This document shows, in pieces, positions 63,011 through 64,000 of a stretch of DNA of 64,000 nucleotides (the stretch's first letter is position 1; each line of letters starts with the position of its first letter). The DNA comes from Antedon mediterranea (Eukaryota > Animalia > Echinodermata), in contig NC_092678.1 of assembly GCF_964355755.1 (NCBI RefSeq), positions 10,848,352 through 10,912,351 of the forward strand, in the 5' to 3' direction. Both the position numbers and the translations under genes were made by a program. The notes beneath the pieces are model-generated. The model was not told the DNA's origin. It was given only the letters and a program-made list of their open reading frames with translations, and ran no database searches.

Positions 63011-63087
63011 TTTATGGCATAACGGGTAATGCTCAGTTTTGAGTGCTCTTAGTAGCGGGTTCGAACCTGTAAGGATATTTTTTTTTT
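63011..63087 (+). pseudogene. tRNA-derived Pol III-type head (unit 3)
   Basis: A box TGGCATAACGGG 63015-63026 with perfect D-stem GCAT/ATGC; B box 63057-63067; T-run. Confidence 0.65.
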
Positions 63088-63280
63088 ATTTGAAAATAAA
63101 TATTGTTTTTGAAAGTGAGATATTTTTAGTATTAGTATTAGATATTTTTTAATGGAGATATGTCAGGCCTAAACAAGTGAACCTTTTTTCAATCAGAAAC
63201 AAAGTTGCGTGGAATTATTTTTCATTGATTTATTATTTATTTCATATAAATAGACTATTATCAGCTCTTCAGTTATCTAC

Positions 63281-63364
63281 TGGTTTGTGGCGTAACGGGT
63301 AATACCCAGGTTTGAGTGCTCTCAGTAGCGGGTTCCAACCTCTAGGGATGTTGCTTTTTTTTTT
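63281..63364 (+). pseudogene. tRNA-derived Pol III-type head (unit 4, near-identical to unit 1)
   Basis: A box 63288-63299; B box GGGTTCCAACC 63330-63340; T-run. Confidence 0.6.
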
Positions 63365-63539
63365 CTTATTGAAAATAAATATTTTTTTTTAAAATGAGAT
63401 ATTTTTTAGGGTTGTGAATGTCAGGCCTAAACAAATGGATCTTTTTTAAAATCAGAAACAAAGTTGCATGGCATTATTTTTCATTGATTGATCATTCATT
63501 TCATATAAATAGACTATTATCAGCTCTTCAGTTATCTAC

Positions 63540-63628
63540 TGGTTTGTGGCGTAACGGGTAATGCTCAAGTTTGAGTGCTCGCAGTAGTGGGTTCGAACCT
63601 CTAGGGATATTTCTTTTCTTTTTTTTTT
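63540..63628 (+). pseudogene. tRNA-derived Pol III-type head (unit 5)
   Basis: A box 63547-63558; B box GGGTTCGAACC 63589-63599; T-run. Confidence 0.65.
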
Positions 63629-63801
63629 AAATTGAAAATAAATATTTTTTTTGAAAGTGAGATATTTTGAGGGTTGTAAATGTCAGGCCTAAACAAATGA
63701 ACCTTTTTTAAAATCAGAAACAAAGTTGCATGGCATTATTTTTCATGGATTTATTATTTATTTCATATAAATAGAGTATTATCAGCTCTTCAGTCATCTA
63801 C

Positions 63802-63893
63802 TGGTTTGTGGCGTAACGGGTAATGCTCAAGTTTGAGTGCTCTCACTAGTGGGTTCGAACCTCTACGGATATTTTGTATTTTGTTTTTTTTTT
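63802..63893 (+). pseudogene. tRNA-derived Pol III-type head (unit 6)
   Basis: A box 63809-63820; B box GGGTTCGAACC 63851-63861; T-runs. Confidence 0.65.
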
Positions 63894-64000
63894 ATTGAAA
63901 ATAATATTTTTTTTGAAAGTGAGATATTTTGAGGGTTGTAAATGTCAGGCCTAAACAAGTGAAACTTTTTTTAAATCAGAAACAAAGTTGCATGGCATTA

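Larger units (their letters stand above)
63011..64000 (+). repeat. ~260-bp tandem repeat with tRNA-derived head, second segment (about 3.8 units, runs off the window)
   Basis: A-box starts at 63015, 63288, 63547 and 63809 (periods 273, 259, 262), with the same unit body as 61113-61493. Confidence 0.95.

Noticed and set aside
61118-63893. Functional tRNA gene cluster
   Set aside because: Acceptor and anticodon stems do not pair and the T-stem is partial, so no anticodon can be assigned.

Overview
Eukaryotic-looking (probably animal) heterochromatic window with no credible protein-coding gene. Bases 1-59111 are one single-orientation, AT-rich satellite with an 88-bp basic monomer. It has about seven recurring variants (87, 78 and ~58 bp) in irregular higher-order blocks built by nested kb-scale duplications. 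The last few kb of the array are more diverged. At 59112-60977 the satellite is cleanly interrupted by a 1866-bp non-autonomous DNA transposon with 15-bp imperfect TIRs (CACAG...CTGTG) and a 4-bp ACTT target-site duplication, which fits the Chapaev group. Inside it are signals for two convergent, spliced, polyadenylated, apparently non-coding transcription units. After 135 bp more of the satellite, the sequence switches abruptly to a second tandem array of ~260-bp units. Each unit carries a tRNA-derived Pol III head (A box, B box, T-run), and the array is broken by a 1.5-kb unique/mosaic segment. The satellite-derived ORFs in the track are artefacts and the rest are unsupported. The best candidates for new biology are the transposon's convergent architecture and the Pol III-type array at the satellite border; both are inferences that need testing.
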